DNA from: a bacterium
GTDB taxonomy: Bacteria > Zixibacteria > MSB-5A5 > GN15 > FEB-12
Length of the DNA stretch: 64,000 nt
Assembly: GCA_016708025.1 (NCBI GenBank)
Contig: JADJGQ010000002.1
Location: 838,232-902,231 of the forward strand
Direction: 5' to 3'
Below, piece by piece: positions 10,185 to 20,400 of this stretch. Each line of letters starts with the position of its first letter. The stretch's first letter is position 1. A program made the position numbers and the translations under genes. Under the pieces are notes generated by a model. It ran no database searches. It saw only the letters and a list, made by a program, of their open reading frames with translations, and had not been told where the DNA came from.

Positions 10185-10441
10185 GTCGTTGATCTGTCCA
10201 TATTGCTGTTATAAACTGCCGGAAGGATAACATATCCAGTCGCGGAGTACAAATTATCTCTTCTGAAACCGGTCTGGGGACCGGAAGGTTGCATCCGGCC
10301 CAACTTTTTCAGGATCAAGGGATTATACACGACTCTGGGTGTGCGGCTCCAGTCATCAGATCAGATCGGAGCTATCAGGCTGTTGATAGTATGACACTTG
10401 CGGCAGTAATTGCTGTTACAGTATGACAGGAGGATTTTTCA

Positions 10442-10897
10442 ATGCGAGAGCACTTCGATAACCTCTTTCGCTATAACGAGTGGGCCAACCGGCGGCTGTT
10501 TGTCAGGCTCCCTGAGGTAGTGGACAAAGATCCATTCACCCTGACGCTTTTCAGTCATCTGGTGATTGTAGAAAAGGTCTGGCTGAGCCGGATACTTCGA
10601 ACCGGCGAAACTTTCGCTATCTGGGACCCGATTCCCCTGCCGGAATTGATCCGTCATCTCAATCAGGCGGCCCAGCAGTGGAGCCAGTATCTGTCCACGC
10701 TGACCGACCAGCAGTTCAAGCAACAGATTTCGTATGTGAACACCAAAGGGATAGCATTCCAGAACAGCCTGCAGGAGATTGCGACTCATACTATCAATCA
10801 CTCGACCCACCATCGCGGCCAGATCATCGTGCTGATGCGGCGGGCCGGGATCGAACCGCCCGTATTGGACTATATCGTGCATGCCCGGAACGAATAG
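10442..10897 (+). CDS. DinB-superfamily (DinB_2-like) metal-dependent protein
   Basis: 151-aa ORF with AGGAGG upstream. It begins ...FRYNEWANRRL and contains HxxNHSTHHRGQI, the DinB four-helix-bundle His signature. Confidence 0.75.
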   Translation: MREHFDNLFRYNEWANRRLFVRLPEVVDKDPFTLTLFSHLVIVEKVWLSRILRTGETFAIWDPIPLPELIRHLNQAAQQWSQYLSTLTDQQFKQQISYVNTKGIAFQNSLQEIATHTINHSTHHRGQIIVLMRRAGIEPPVLDYIVHARNE

Positions 10898-10962
10898 GCT
10901 CGGGACTCACCTATGCGCCTTTCTCCTTGCCGCAGTTCAGGCTGCCCCGTAGCTTAACCAGC

Positions 10963-11883
10963 ATGGGAAGTCCGGAACCAGGAGTAGTCATTGGCACACA
11001 GGGGAAGTCGTTCGAAGTACGACTTCCGGATGGGCAACATCTCTCTTGTGAGGTTCGCCAGCGCGTTAAATTCCACACCGATCATCAGTCGCCTGTTACC
11101 GTGGGTGATGATGTTCTGGTAACGCGAGTCGACGAGTCCAACGGCGTCATCGAGAAAGTGCTGGACCGCCGGACCTCGTTTTTCCGTCCCGCCAAGGGGA
11201 AAGAGGGGACCAAGCAAGTTATTGCGGCCAATCTCGACCAGTTGGCAATTGTCAGTTCTGTCATCGCTCCGCCTCTCAAAACAGGCTTGATCGATCGGTT
11301 CCTGATCGCCGCGGAACTGGGAACACTTACACCCCTGATTATCATCAACAAGATCGATCTGGGGGAACCCGATGATCTGGATGGAGTCGTAAAGGAGTAC
11401 CGCTCCCTGGGTTGCCAGATCGTGGCGACCTCGGCGCAATCCGGCCAGGGGATAGAGGAGTTGACCCGGCTGCTCACGGATCATCGAACGCTTTTTGTCG
11501 GCCATTCAGGGGTGGGGAAATCGACCCTCCTGAATTACCTGATTCCGGGACTCGACCTCAAGACCCGCCGACTTTCCGATCGAACCAACCGGGGTCAGCA
11601 CACGACCACTACGATCAAGCTATATGAACTTCCGACCGGCGGATTTGCGGTCGATTCTCCGGGGCTCAAAGTGATGGGGCTCTGGGAAGTGCGCAAAGAG
11701 GACTTGGCCGACTACTACCCGGATTTCCGGAAATATCATATCAACTGCAAATTTCAGCCGTGCAGCCACCTTCATGAGCCGGGGTGCGCTGTACAGCAGG
11801 CGGTTGAAAAAGGGGAGATACGGCGCTTTCGATATGACAATTTCATCGCCATAGCGAACTCCCTTGAGGAGGAACCGTGGTGA
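10963..11883 (+). CDS. rsgA: Ribosome small-subunit-dependent GTPase A
   Basis: The track ORF 10678..11883 is trimmed to the ATG at 10963, because the 5' extension overlaps the DinB gene. The G motifs are circularly permuted: NKIDL, then GHSGVGKSTLLN. The zinc knuckle CKFQPCSHLHEPGC is present. Confidence 0.9.
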   Translation: MGSPEPGVVIGTQGKSFEVRLPDGQHLSCEVRQRVKFHTDHQSPVTVGDDVLVTRVDESNGVIEKVLDRRTSFFRPAKGKEGTKQVIAANLDQLAIVSSVIAPPLKTGLIDRFLIAAELGTLTPLIIINKIDLGEPDDLDGVVKEYRSLGCQIVATSAQSGQGIEELTRLLTDHRTLFVGHSGVGKSTLLNYLIPGLDLKTRRLSDRTNRGQHTTTTIKLYELPTGGFAVDSPGLKVMGLWEVRKEDLADYYPDFRKYHINCKFQPCSHLHEPGCAVQQAVEKGEIRRFRYDNFIAIANSLEEEPW

Positions 11884-11919
11884 CTGTAGATTTGGGCTAA
11901 GTTACCGATATAGAAGAAG

Positions 11920-12825
11920 ATGGCTAAGACAAGTCACATCGAATTTCGTGTCGGGGTGATCACCCTGCTCGGGTTTGCCCTCCTGCTGGCATCCCTCTAT
12001 TGGCTGCAAGGCTACAAAATGGAGCGGAATGCCCAGCGGATAAAAGTCCTGTTTGGTGATGTCGGGACACTTTCCGCAGGCGACAGAGTAACTGTTTCCG
12101 GTGTCCACAAAGGGAAAGTGAACCAACTGCAGTTGACCGGCGAAGGGGTGATGGTGGAACTGCTGTTGTATCGCGATGTTGAACTGCACCGGGATGCCCA
12201 GTTCGTCATCAAAAACCTGGGTGTTATGGGCGAGCGATTTATCGCGATCCATCCGGGCGAAGCGATCGAACGATTTGACACTGCCATGGTGGCGATCGGC
12301 AAGGCAGAGGTCGGGATCCCCGAACTGATGGGGGTCGTGGGTGATATCGTGATCGAACTGCGCAACATGGTGAGTGGGATCCGTCAGACGGTCGCCTCAG
12401 ATACCTCGCTGGCAAGATTCGACCGGACTGTCGCTAATCTGGAATCGCTTTCGAAGTCGCTGGTCGGTTTTATGGATCGCAACGAAGCAAAGCTCGATCG
12501 AACCAGCGACAATGTCGTCAAGGCGTCGCAACAGATGTCGGATCTGGTGGCCCGCAATGCCCAGATCGTTGATTCGACCATCCGCCAATTCCATCAACTG
12601 TCATTTGGTGTTGATACCCTGGTCCAAAACCTGGATACGCTTTCGTCTGATCTTCGGTATTTCGCCGATCAATTGAATAACGGCGATGGGACACTGCAGC
12701 TCATGATGAAAGACCGCCGCCTGTATGACGACTTGCGCGGCACCGCCGACAATATCGATGAACTGATCAGCGACATTCGCGCCAACCCGCAGAAATATAT
12801 CAACCTGAAAGTAGAGATCTTTTAG
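11920..12825 (+). CDS. MCE/MlaD-domain protein with an N-terminal TM anchor
   Basis: 301-aa ORF with an N-terminal TM (VGVITLLGFALLLASLYWL) and an MCE core (KVLFGDVGTLSAGDRVTVSGVHKGKV). No mlaE or mlaF is adjacent. Confidence 0.8.
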   Translation: MAKTSHIEFRVGVITLLGFALLLASLYWLQGYKMERNAQRIKVLFGDVGTLSAGDRVTVSGVHKGKVNQLQLTGEGVMVELLLYRDVELHRDAQFVIKNLGVMGERFIAIHPGEAIERFDTAMVAIGKAEVGIPELMGVVGDIVIELRNMVSGIRQTVASDTSLARFDRTVANLESLSKSLVGFMDRNEAKLDRTSDNVVKASQQMSDLVARNAQIVDSTIRQFHQLSFGVDTLVQNLDTLSSDLRYFADQLNNGDGTLQLMMKDRRLYDDLRGTADNIDELISDIRANPQKYINLKVEIF

Positions 12826-12828
12826 CTT

Positions 12829-15003
12829 ATGACCAGATTCCGCCTGGCAATTGGACTGCACAACCATCAACCGGTGGGGAATTTTGATCATGTGTTTGAA
12901 GAGGCTCACCAGCAGGCCTACAAACCTTTCCTCGAACTGCTAGCGCAATACCCGAAAGTCTCGCTCTCATTGCACCAGTCCGGCATCCTCTGGGACTGGC
13001 AGGAGAAACACCATCCGGAATATCTGGAGCAGGTGAAGCGGCTGGTCGCTGATGGTCGGATCGAATTGATGACCGGCGGTTTTTATGAACCGATCCTGAC
13101 TTCCATCCCACAACGTGATCTGCGCGGTCAGATTGAAAAACTGACCGGGTTCCTGCGCAATCGGTTTAGTGCCGATATCTCCGGGCTTTGGCTCACCGAG
13201 CGAGTCTGGGAGCCGCATTTGCCGAAAGTTCTCGCCGAGTCCGGTGTCGGGTATCTGCCCGTTGATGATACGCATTTCCTCTTTGCCGGCATGGAGCGCT
13301 CCCAGTTGACCGGGCCGTTCGTGACCGAATTCGAAGGGGAGACTGTCACGCTACTTCCGATCCAGAAAAAGCTTCGCTACTTGATCCCGTTCGGCAAAGT
13401 AGAAGAGGTGATCAGCGAGCTAAAGCGTCAGGCGGAGATATCTCTCTCGGGTGTGGCGGTCTATGCCGATGATGGTGAGAAGTTCGGCGTCTGGCCCAAC
13501 ACGCACAAACATTGTTACGATGATCGCTGGCTGGCTGAGTTCTTTGAGGCTCTCGAACGAAACGCCGACTGGCTCGAAGTTGTCCCATTGAAGGTCGCGG
13601 CCGATATGACGCCGGTAGGGCGGGTATACCTTCCTTCGGCCTCTTACGAAGAGATGGGGCACTGGGCACTTCCAACTCCCGGATTCCTCAAGTACGAGGC
13701 ATTTGAGCATTGGCTGAAGACGATGCAGAAGGCCGAGGAGCACGAGCGATTCGTGCGCGCAGGGCATTGGCGCGGATTTTTGACAAAATACGAAGAATCC
13801 AATCTGATGCACAAGAAGATGCTGGCTGTTTCCGAGCGGCTAGCGACTTTTGATAAAGCACATCCTGAAATGAACGCGCAACTGGAGCCGGTGCGCGATC
13901 GATTGTATGCGGCGCAGTGCAACTGCGCATATTGGCATGGCGTATTCGGGGGACTCTACTTGCCGCACCTTCGCCAGGCGATCTATGCCGCACTGTTGGA
14001 AGCAGAGTCAAAACTGAGGGAGCTTGCGCATACCCGAGTCGTGACGATCGCAGCCAAAGATCATGATGCGGATCGTCGCGATGAGATCCTGGTTGAGTCT
14101 GCGGCCTTCTCCGCCGTCTTTAAGCCGGATCGCGGCGGAATGCTGGTCGACCTTGGACTTCTCAGACATGCGTTTGACCTGACAGATACACTCGCGCGAC
14201 GCAAGGAAGGGTACCACCGTAAACTGGCAGTGGCGCAGAGCGAGACCCCGCATGACGGGACCGCCTCTATCCATGACCTGGTAATTGCCAAGGAGCCGGG
14301 GCTCGAGAAGATACTTGTCGAGGACCAGTACTTGAAGCGCTGTTTTATCGATCATTTCCTCGCGGAGAAAACCTCGGTTGAGCTGTTCCAGTCGGCGCAG
14401 GTCGAAGAATTGGGAGACTTTGCCACCGGGGCATACGCGGCCGAGTTTGATGCAGATTCGGGACGGGTGACTCTGACGCGCGACGGAAAGGTTGGCTCCC
14501 ACGGACGACAGCACGCGGTAAGGCTGACCAAAAACTTCTACTTCCTCGAAGAAGCCGACCGACTGGAGATCACATACGAGCTTCGGACTACCGATGGCTC
14601 AACCGTGTCGACTCATTTCGCGATTGAAAACAGTTTCAGCTTCCAAGCCGGTCATGCCCATGACCGCTACCTCCTGATCGACAGCCAGCGTCCGAGCGAA
14701 TCATTCCTTGACTCTGTCGGTAGCCATCAGCAAGTCTCCAGTGTCGGCATGGTGGATGATTGGCGAGGTTTGGCGGTAGTGCTGCAATCGCAACGGGCCG
14801 GAGAGATCTGGCATCATCCTATACACACGGTCTCACTCTCCGAGGCTGGATTCGAGAAGGTCTATCAGGGAACCACGATTCTCAATTGCTTCCATATATC
14901 GATCTCACCCGAGCCGATGCAGATGAAATTCACCCTGCATGCCGGCAGTAAAGAGTCGGTTCTTCGTGAGATAGCCAGCTCAGCTCTGGCGGGCAATTTC
15001 TAG
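12829..15003 (+). CDS. Glycoside hydrolase family 57 enzyme (alpha-amylase / 4-alpha-glucanotransferase type)
   Basis: 724-aa ORF carrying the five GH57 conserved regions: HNHQP, GRIELM, WLTERVW (nucleophile Glu), ADDGEKFG (acid/base Asp) and AQCNCAYWHG. Confidence 0.9.
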   Translation: MTRFRLAIGLHNHQPVGNFDHVFEEAHQQAYKPFLELLAQYPKVSLSLHQSGILWDWQEKHHPEYLEQVKRLVADGRIELMTGGFYEPILTSIPQRDLRGQIEKLTGFLRNRFSADISGLWLTERVWEPHLPKVLAESGVGYLPVDDTHFLFAGMERSQLTGPFVTEFEGETVTLLPIQKKLRYLIPFGKVEEVISELKRQAEISLSGVAVYADDGEKFGVWPNTHKHCYDDRWLAEFFEALERNADWLEVVPLKVAADMTPVGRVYLPSASYEEMGHWALPTPGFLKYEAFEHWLKTMQKAEEHERFVRAGHWRGFLTKYEESNLMHKKMLAVSERLATFDKAHPEMNAQLEPVRDRLYAAQCNCAYWHGVFGGLYLPHLRQAIYAALLEAESKLRELAHTRVVTIAAKDHDADRRDEILVESAAFSAVFKPDRGGMLVDLGLLRHAFDLTDTLARRKEGYHRKLAVAQSETPHDGTASIHDLVIAKEPGLEKILVEDQYLKRCFIDHFLAEKTSVELFQSAQVEELGDFATGAYAAEFDADSGRVTLTRDGKVGSHGRQHAVRLTKNFYFLEEADRLEITYELRTTDGSTVSTHFAIENSFSFQAGHAHDRYLLIDSQRPSESFLDSVGSHQQVSSVGMVDDWRGLAVVLQSQRAGEIWHHPIHTVSLSEAGFEKVYQGTTILNCFHISISPEPMQMKFTLHAGSKESVLREIASSALAGNF

Positions 15004-15029
15004 GGTTCTGGGTCGCCCACTTTTCTTTT

Positions 15030-15806
15030 GTGGGGAGGGGGGAATTGCCGTATCTTCTTCTCGTGCTTGAAGAACTGGCCTCGATCATTCAGCAGAGCCG
15101 TGCCGGCGTTGTATTAACCGGTGCCGGAATGTCGGCCGAATCCGGTGTCCCAACTTTCCGCGGGAACGAAGGGCTTTGGGCCAAGTTTCGCCCCGAAGAC
15201 CTCGCCACCATGAACGCATTCATCGCCAACTCCAAGCTGGTCTGGGAATGGTACAACTGGCGCCGCGATCTTATTCGCCAGGTACAATCAAATGCGGGAC
15301 ATTATGCGCTGGTGGAACTAGCCGGTTGGTTCCCTTCGTTCACCCTGGTGACTCAGAATGTGGATAATCTGCATCGGATGGCCGGATCTGACCATGTGCT
15401 GGAGATCCATGGCAATATCCTGCGAAACAAGTGTGCGGACTGCAACCGTCCAATTGAGTTGGAGAACGAAATAGAGCCGTCAGCCATCCCAAAATGTCCA
15501 GCCTGCGGCGGGAAAATCCGCCCCGATGTTGTCTGGTTTGGCGAAATGCTCCCCGAAGAGACAATTCAGGCGGCCTTTGACGCCGCCGAGGCGGCGGATA
15601 TTTTCTTTTCGATCGGGACCTCAGCTCTGGTTCACCCGGCAGCGACCCTCCCGGTTGTGGCCAAGCGGCATGGGGCGATATTGGTGGAGATCAACCCGGA
15701 CGAAACGCCGCTTACCTCCCTGGCAGACTACTATTTTCCGGCGAAATCGGGTGAAATACTTCCCCAATTGGTGGAAAAGCTGTCGCAAGTCGGACGGGTT
15801 CAGTAA
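15030..15806 (+). CDS. cobB: NAD-dependent protein deacylase (sirtuin, CobB type)
   Basis: Motifs TGAGMSAESGVPTFRG, QNVDNLH and HG, plus the zinc ribbon CADC...CPACGG. The start is ambiguous: GTG 15030, TTG 15045 (after GGAGGGGGG) or GTG 15063. Confidence 0.88.
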   Translation: MGRGELPYLLLVLEELASIIQQSRAGVVLTGAGMSAESGVPTFRGNEGLWAKFRPEDLATMNAFIANSKLVWEWYNWRRDLIRQVQSNAGHYALVELAGWFPSFTLVTQNVDNLHRMAGSDHVLEIHGNILRNKCADCNRPIELENEIEPSAIPKCPACGGKIRPDVVWFGEMLPEETIQAAFDAAEAADIFFSIGTSALVHPAATLPVVAKRHGAILVEINPDETPLTSLADYYFPAKSGEILPQLVEKLSQVGRVQ

Positions 15807-15866
15807 ATTGGGGCATCCGGAACCGGTCCGGGGTGTACAACTGAGGAAGAAGCTACTTATAATCTC

Positions 15867-18692
15867 ATGATGCTGCGCCGAACTACTCTTTTCACTGCTC
15901 TCTCGCTCCTGCTCCTCTATGGGCTGACAGGTTGTGTGTATTACAACACCTTCTACAATGCCAAGAAGGAATTCAACACGGCGGAAAAGATGCGGAAGCA
16001 GTCCGGCACCGGCAGCCAGTCGAGCTACAAGAATGCGATCGAGAAGTCTCTCAAGGTGCTCGAAGATCACCCGAATTCCAAGTATTACGATGACGCGCTC
16101 TATGTTGTAGGGGCCTCGTACTATCATACCCAGCAGTACTCCAAGGCAGAACGCCGATTCCGCGAGCTGCTGGCTAACTTTCCGGAATCCGAGTTTGCCC
16201 GGCAGTCGATGGTCTATCTCGCGCAGTCCAAACTGAAGCTGAGCGACCATGATGCCGCGATCGAGCTGTTCGAAGAGATCTTCGCCGGAGACTATGACAA
16301 GTCCTACAAGGCGGATGCCGCCATGGAGTTGGGGCTGTATCATGCCGAAGAGAAGGACCCGGAACGGGCGCGCGGATTCTTTCTCTCTATCCGCGATTCT
16401 TTAGGCAACGATCAGCAGAAATTGACTGCCCAGAGCCACCTGGCGGACAGCTATTTCGATCAATTCGCTTTTTCCGACGCTCTCAAGGCATATCTGCAGA
16501 TCCTCGGGATGAAGCCGGACAAAAATCTGAAATATCGCGCATTGCACCGCTCGGCCGTCTGCTCGTATCGCCTCCAACGGATCAACACCGGTCTTGATTA
16601 TCTGGATGAATTAGCCAAGGATCAGATCTATTATGATTCGCTCGGCGCTATCAAGTTGACCAAAGCGACCGGATATGAATACCTGGGTGACCTTTCGATG
16701 GCTGAAGCGACCTACGAAGATGTCATCAGTACATCGGATAACAACAACTGGTCAACTATCGCCAACTATCAGCTTGGCCTGATCTACCAGTTTGATTACG
16801 ACGACCTGACGACAGCCAAAGAATATTATGACAAGGCGGTCAGGGGGAATCAGAGTCTCGATGCGGGGAAAGACGCGGTGCAGCGCTCGGCGGATATCGC
16901 CAAACTGCAGATGATCGAAGCGAAGCAGAAGGCGAATCGCGAGGCGGATGAAGAAGCCAGGAAAGAAGCTCTCAAGAAGAAAAGCGATTCCACGGCCGTA
17001 CCAAGCGCAACTCGCGATACAACACTGCCCGCAGACTCCACCGAACCTCTGACCGATTCGGTAACGGTCGACTCGCTGTTTGAGACGGTGGATGAGGTCG
17101 ACTCGATTGCCATCAACGCAGCTGCGGATTCGCTGGAAAACCTGACCAGGATGGCGGATTCGTTGGTTGCCGACAGTGTCAGTAATGCGGCGCGACTGGC
17201 GGACTCGTTGATTGCAGACAGTGTCAAAAATGCGGCGCGACTGGCGGATTCATTGATCGCAGACAGTATCAGGAATGCGGCTCAAGCGACTGACACCGTC
17301 AGCGCGGTTTCGGTTGATTCCCTGATCCGTATTGTGAATAATGCAGATACCGTTACTTCTGATTCTCTCGCTCCAGCGGTTGTGCCGACCGATTCCCTGA
17401 GCATTGACTCTCTGACGCCTGCGGTGATGCCGGATTCCGGGGCAGTCGATTCCACTCTTACAGATTCGACAAAAGCGACCAGCGATGCAGAAGAGATCGC
17501 GCAGCAGTCACAGCGAATGAAGGCAATGCAGCAGACTCCAACACTAGCCAAAGCAGCTCCCACGCCCGAACAGCAGGCAAGAGCGGATTCAATTGCCGCC
17601 GAGCGCAAGCGCGTCGCCAAACTGGAAGCGGATGCGGATATCATTTTCCAATTGGCCGAACTGTATTGGTTCCAGCTCAATAAGCCGGATTCGGCGATTG
17701 CGGAGCTGAAGGGGTTGATCAGCGACTACTCCACAACTTCATACGCCCCTCGCGCCATGCTGGCGCTCAGCACCATGTACCGGGAACATCTGACCGACAC
17801 ACTGGGTGCAGACTCGATCCTGCAGGAAGCATACCGGATCTATGCTAATACTGACTATGCGCCGGAAATTCTTGGATTGATGGGAAAAGTCGGGACCACT
17901 GAGGATAAGGGATATCCGGAATATTACTATCGTCTGGCCGAGAATTACCTGATCGATTCGAGCAATGCCGACTCGGCCCGCTACTACTATCAGTACATCA
18001 TCGACAGTTTCCCGAACTCGTCACTTGGCGTACAGGCGCGCTTCAACATCGCTTATATTCTGGAGAATTATCAATCTCCTGGTGATTCCTCAGTGATCTT
18101 TGCCTATGAAGCGATTATCGACTCGTTCCCGGGCACTCCGCAGGCGCAGGAGGCAGAAAAGCGGATCACCTATAAGGCGCCCGCCAAAAAGCAGTATATT
18201 CAGCCGGACAAGGTCAAAGAATCGGAACGGGATGATATCAAGCAAGGCGATCCGCAGGTTGCGACGCCGATCAAGACCGACGAGGCCGACACGACCGGGC
18301 GGTATATCGACCCCAAAGAGCGGATCTACAAGGGGCCGAAAGATGAGCAATTGATCCTACTCGATATCAAGCCTATCGAAACTCGCATCGAATTTGACTA
18401 TCCCGCTGAAGCTTCGAGCATCGAAGGTTACCAGTTTGAGGTCTATTTCCAGATCTTGCTTGATTTTTCGGGTAAGGTGATTGATTTTGAGCTAAAATCA
18501 CCGGCGCCTCACGACGAAATCAATCGTCGTGCGGAACTGACCGTCGGCTCCATGTCGTTTGACCCGCTGGAGGTCAACAAGGAGTTGACACGGAAGTCTG
18601 AGATGATCACTCTTCCGGAGGATCAGGAAGATCCGCGGGGACGCTGGTACGTGTACAAATACATCGTTGAAAAACCGGATTACTTGAAATGA
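15867..18692 (+). CDS. TPR-repeat lipoprotein with a D/S/T-rich repeat linker and a TonB_C-like C-terminal domain
   Basis: 941-aa ORF with lipobox LLYGLTG/C. N- and C-proximal TPR blocks flank an acidic low-complexity core. The last ~90 aa (EFDYPAEA...GYQFEVYFQILLDFSGKVIDFEL) resemble a TonB C-terminal fold. Confidence 0.75.
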   Translation: MMLRRTTLFTALSLLLLYGLTGCVYYNTFYNAKKEFNTAEKMRKQSGTGSQSSYKNAIEKSLKVLEDHPNSKYYDDALYVVGASYYHTQQYSKAERRFRELLANFPESEFARQSMVYLAQSKLKLSDHDAAIELFEEIFAGDYDKSYKADAAMELGLYHAEEKDPERARGFFLSIRDSLGNDQQKLTAQSHLADSYFDQFAFSDALKAYLQILGMKPDKNLKYRALHRSAVCSYRLQRINTGLDYLDELAKDQIYYDSLGAIKLTKATGYEYLGDLSMAEATYEDVISTSDNNNWSTIANYQLGLIYQFDYDDLTTAKEYYDKAVRGNQSLDAGKDAVQRSADIAKLQMIEAKQKANREADEEARKEALKKKSDSTAVPSATRDTTLPADSTEPLTDSVTVDSLFETVDEVDSIAINAAADSLENLTRMADSLVADSVSNAARLADSLIADSVKNAARLADSLIADSIRNAAQATDTVSAVSVDSLIRIVNNADTVTSDSLAPAVVPTDSLSIDSLTPAVMPDSGAVDSTLTDSTKATSDAEEIAQQSQRMKAMQQTPTLAKAAPTPEQQARADSIAAERKRVAKLEADADIIFQLAELYWFQLNKPDSAIAELKGLISDYSTTSYAPRAMLALSTMYREHLTDTLGADSILQEAYRIYANTDYAPEILGLMGKVGTTEDKGYPEYYYRLAENYLIDSSNADSARYYYQYIIDSFPNSSLGVQARFNIAYILENYQSPGDSSVIFAYEAIIDSFPGTPQAQEAEKRITYKAPAKKQYIQPDKVKESERDDIKQGDPQVATPIKTDEADTTGRYIDPKERIYKGPKDEQLILLDIKPIETRIEFDYPAEASSIEGYQFEVYFQILLDFSGKVIDFELKSPAPHDEINRRAELTVGSMSFDPLEVNKELTRKSEMITLPEDQEDPRGRWYVYKYIVEKPDYLK
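17154..17288 (+). repeat. Three tandem 45-nt coding repeats
   Basis: ADSLVADSVSNAARL / ADSLIADSVKNAARL / ADSLIADSIRNAAQA; copies at 17154-17198, 17199-17243 and 17244-17288. Confidence 0.85.
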
Positions 18693-19483
18693 TTCGACCA
18701 TCCTGTGAGGAAACCCGCCTACTCCGTCACCGTGATCTCTCACACAATTATTTCTCCCTGACTTTCGGACCATACACTCGCGCCAAAGAATGCCGCCCCG
18801 GCAGTTTCATCCATGTGCGCCTGCCGCACACCGATGTTTATTTCCGGCGCGCGATGTCGGTTGCTGCGATCGATCCGAAAAAGAAAGAAATAGAGATCAT
18901 CTTTAAGGTGTTCGGACGTGGGACGACACTGCTGTCGCAATTCAGCAAAGACCAGTCGATCGACATCCTCGGTCCGCTGGGAGTCCCTTTTGCTCTCCCC
19001 AAAAAGAATGAACGAGTGATCATGGTGGCAGGCGGCGTCGGCTTTCCGCCGCTGATGTATCTGGCCACCGACATGGTCGCCAGAGGATATGATCCGAAAA
19101 AGATCGAGTTCTTTTACGGTGGCCGCTCGGAGGGAGATATCATTGAGCGGACCCGTATCAAAAAACTTGGCGTCAATTTGCATGTCGCCACCGACGATGG
19201 ATCGGCCGGCGTCAAGGGGCTGGTGACCAAACCGGTCGAGAAGTTCCTGCAGGAGCATGGTGACGAAAACCTTCGCATGTACGGCTGCGGTCCGGAAGCG
19301 ATGCTGAAAGCGACCAATGACCTTGGGATCAAATACCAGACAGCCGGACAGCTTTCACTCGAAGCACCAATGCCGTGTGGTATCGGCGTCTGTCTCGGTT
19401 GCGTGGTGAAAACCACTGCCGGTGAATATGTCCGTGTTTGTGTCGAAGGACCCGTCTTTAATATCGGTGAGGTGCAGCTATGA
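18689..19483 (+). CDS. pyrK: Dihydroorotate dehydrogenase B electron-transfer subunit
   Basis: 264-aa ORF with an FNR-like FAD/NAD fold and the C-terminal 2Fe-2S motif CGIGVCLGC. ATGA overlaps occur at both ends of the gene. Confidence 0.9.
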   Translation: MIRPSCEETRLLRHRDLSHNYFSLTFGPYTRAKECRPGSFIHVRLPHTDVYFRRAMSVAAIDPKKKEIEIIFKVFGRGTTLLSQFSKDQSIDILGPLGVPFALPKKNERVIMVAGGVGFPPLMYLATDMVARGYDPKKIEFFYGGRSEGDIIERTRIKKLGVNLHVATDDGSAGVKGLVTKPVEKFLQEHGDENLRMYGCGPEAMLKATNDLGIKYQTAGQLSLEAPMPCGIGVCLGCVVKTTAGEYVRVCVEGPVFNIGEVQL

Positions 19484-20400
19484 CTCCCGATATTCGCGTC
19501 TCGATTGCCGGTGTTGATTTCGTCAATCCGCTCATGACCGCCTCCGGTTGCTGTGGATATGGCGAAGAACTGGCAAATGTCTTTCCGCTCTCAAAGTTGG
19601 GAGCACTGGTGACGAAGTCGATCACGCAGAAGCCACGCATGGGACACCGTCCGCCCCGCACAGCAGAAACCGCCTCGGGGATGCTCAACGCTATCGGCCT
19701 GGCAAATGTCGGGATCGATGCGTTTTTGACCGACAAACTCCCCTGGCTCGAAACGCAGCCAACCAAGGTGATCGTCAATGTCGCCGGATCATCTATCAAA
19801 GAGTATGTTGATGTTTCCGCGCGCCTGGCCGATTCACCGCGCGTCGATATGATCGAACTGAATATCTCCTGTCCGAATGTTGACAAAGGCGGGATCGAGT
19901 TCGGCGTTGATCCGGTGATGACCGAGAAATGTGTCTCAGAAGTTCGCGCCGTTTTCAAACGTCCGATCATCGCCAAGCTTGGCCCGAATGTCACCGATAT
20001 CACGGCGATCGCCCGGGCGGCCGAAGCTGGTGGCGCCAATGCACTGGCGATCATGAATTCGGCATTCGGAACCTCAGCCGATATCGAGACCTGGCGCCCA
20101 CGCTTGACCAATAATCGCGGCGGCCTGACCGGCCCGGCGATCAAGCCGATGGCCTTGTTGATGGTTGATGTCGTCTATCGCAGTGGAGTGAAACTCCCGA
20201 TCATCGGGATCGGCGGCATCGCCACCTGGCAGGATGTCGTCGAGTTCATGTTGTTCGGAGCGACCGCCGTGCAGATCGGGACACATCTGTTTGTCGAGCC
20301 CGATTCGCCGGTCAAGATCGCGACCGGGCTCAAAGCATATATGAAGCGCAGAAAACTGGCCACGGTCGCTGACCTGGTCGGTAAAGTACAGAGGTGGTAA
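19480..20400 (+). CDS. pyrD: Dihydroorotate dehydrogenase (class 1B) catalytic subunit
   Basis: 306-aa ORF with ASGCCGYG, the catalytic Cys in NISCPN, and GIGGI. Confidence 0.93.
   Translation: MTPDIRVSIAGVDFVNPLMTASGCCGYGEELANVFPLSKLGALVTKSITQKPRMGHRPPRTAETASGMLNAIGLANVGIDAFLTDKLPWLETQPTKVIVNVAGSSIKEYVDVSARLADSPRVDMIELNISCPNVDKGGIEFGVDPVMTEKCVSEVRAVFKRPIIAKLGPNVTDITAIARAAEAGGANALAIMNSAFGTSADIETWRPRLTNNRGGLTGPAIKPMALLMVDVVYRSGVKLPIIGIGGIATWQDVVEFMLFGATAVQIGTHLFVEPDSPVKIATGLKAYMKRRKLATVADLVGKVQRW

Noticed and set aside
10678-10962. N-terminal extensions offered by the ORF track, for rsgA here and also at 4801-4962, 6587-6640, 38572-38625, 49371-49424 and 56281-56574.
   Set aside because: The extensions overlap neighbouring genes or precede clear signal peptides or conserved N-termini, and they lack ribosome-binding sites. 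Internal starts with Shine-Dalgarno sequences fit the homology better.
15030-15806. Whether the Sir2-family gene is part of an anti-phage defence system.
   Set aside because: It has the canonical CobB-type sirtuin motifs and zinc ribbon. It has no fused effector or sensor domain and no defence-type neighbours.
17154-17288. Whether the tandem repeats here and at 35534-35569 form a CRISPR-like array.
   Set aside because: The repeats are contiguous with no spacers, lie in frame within coding sequence, and have no cas genes or leader nearby.
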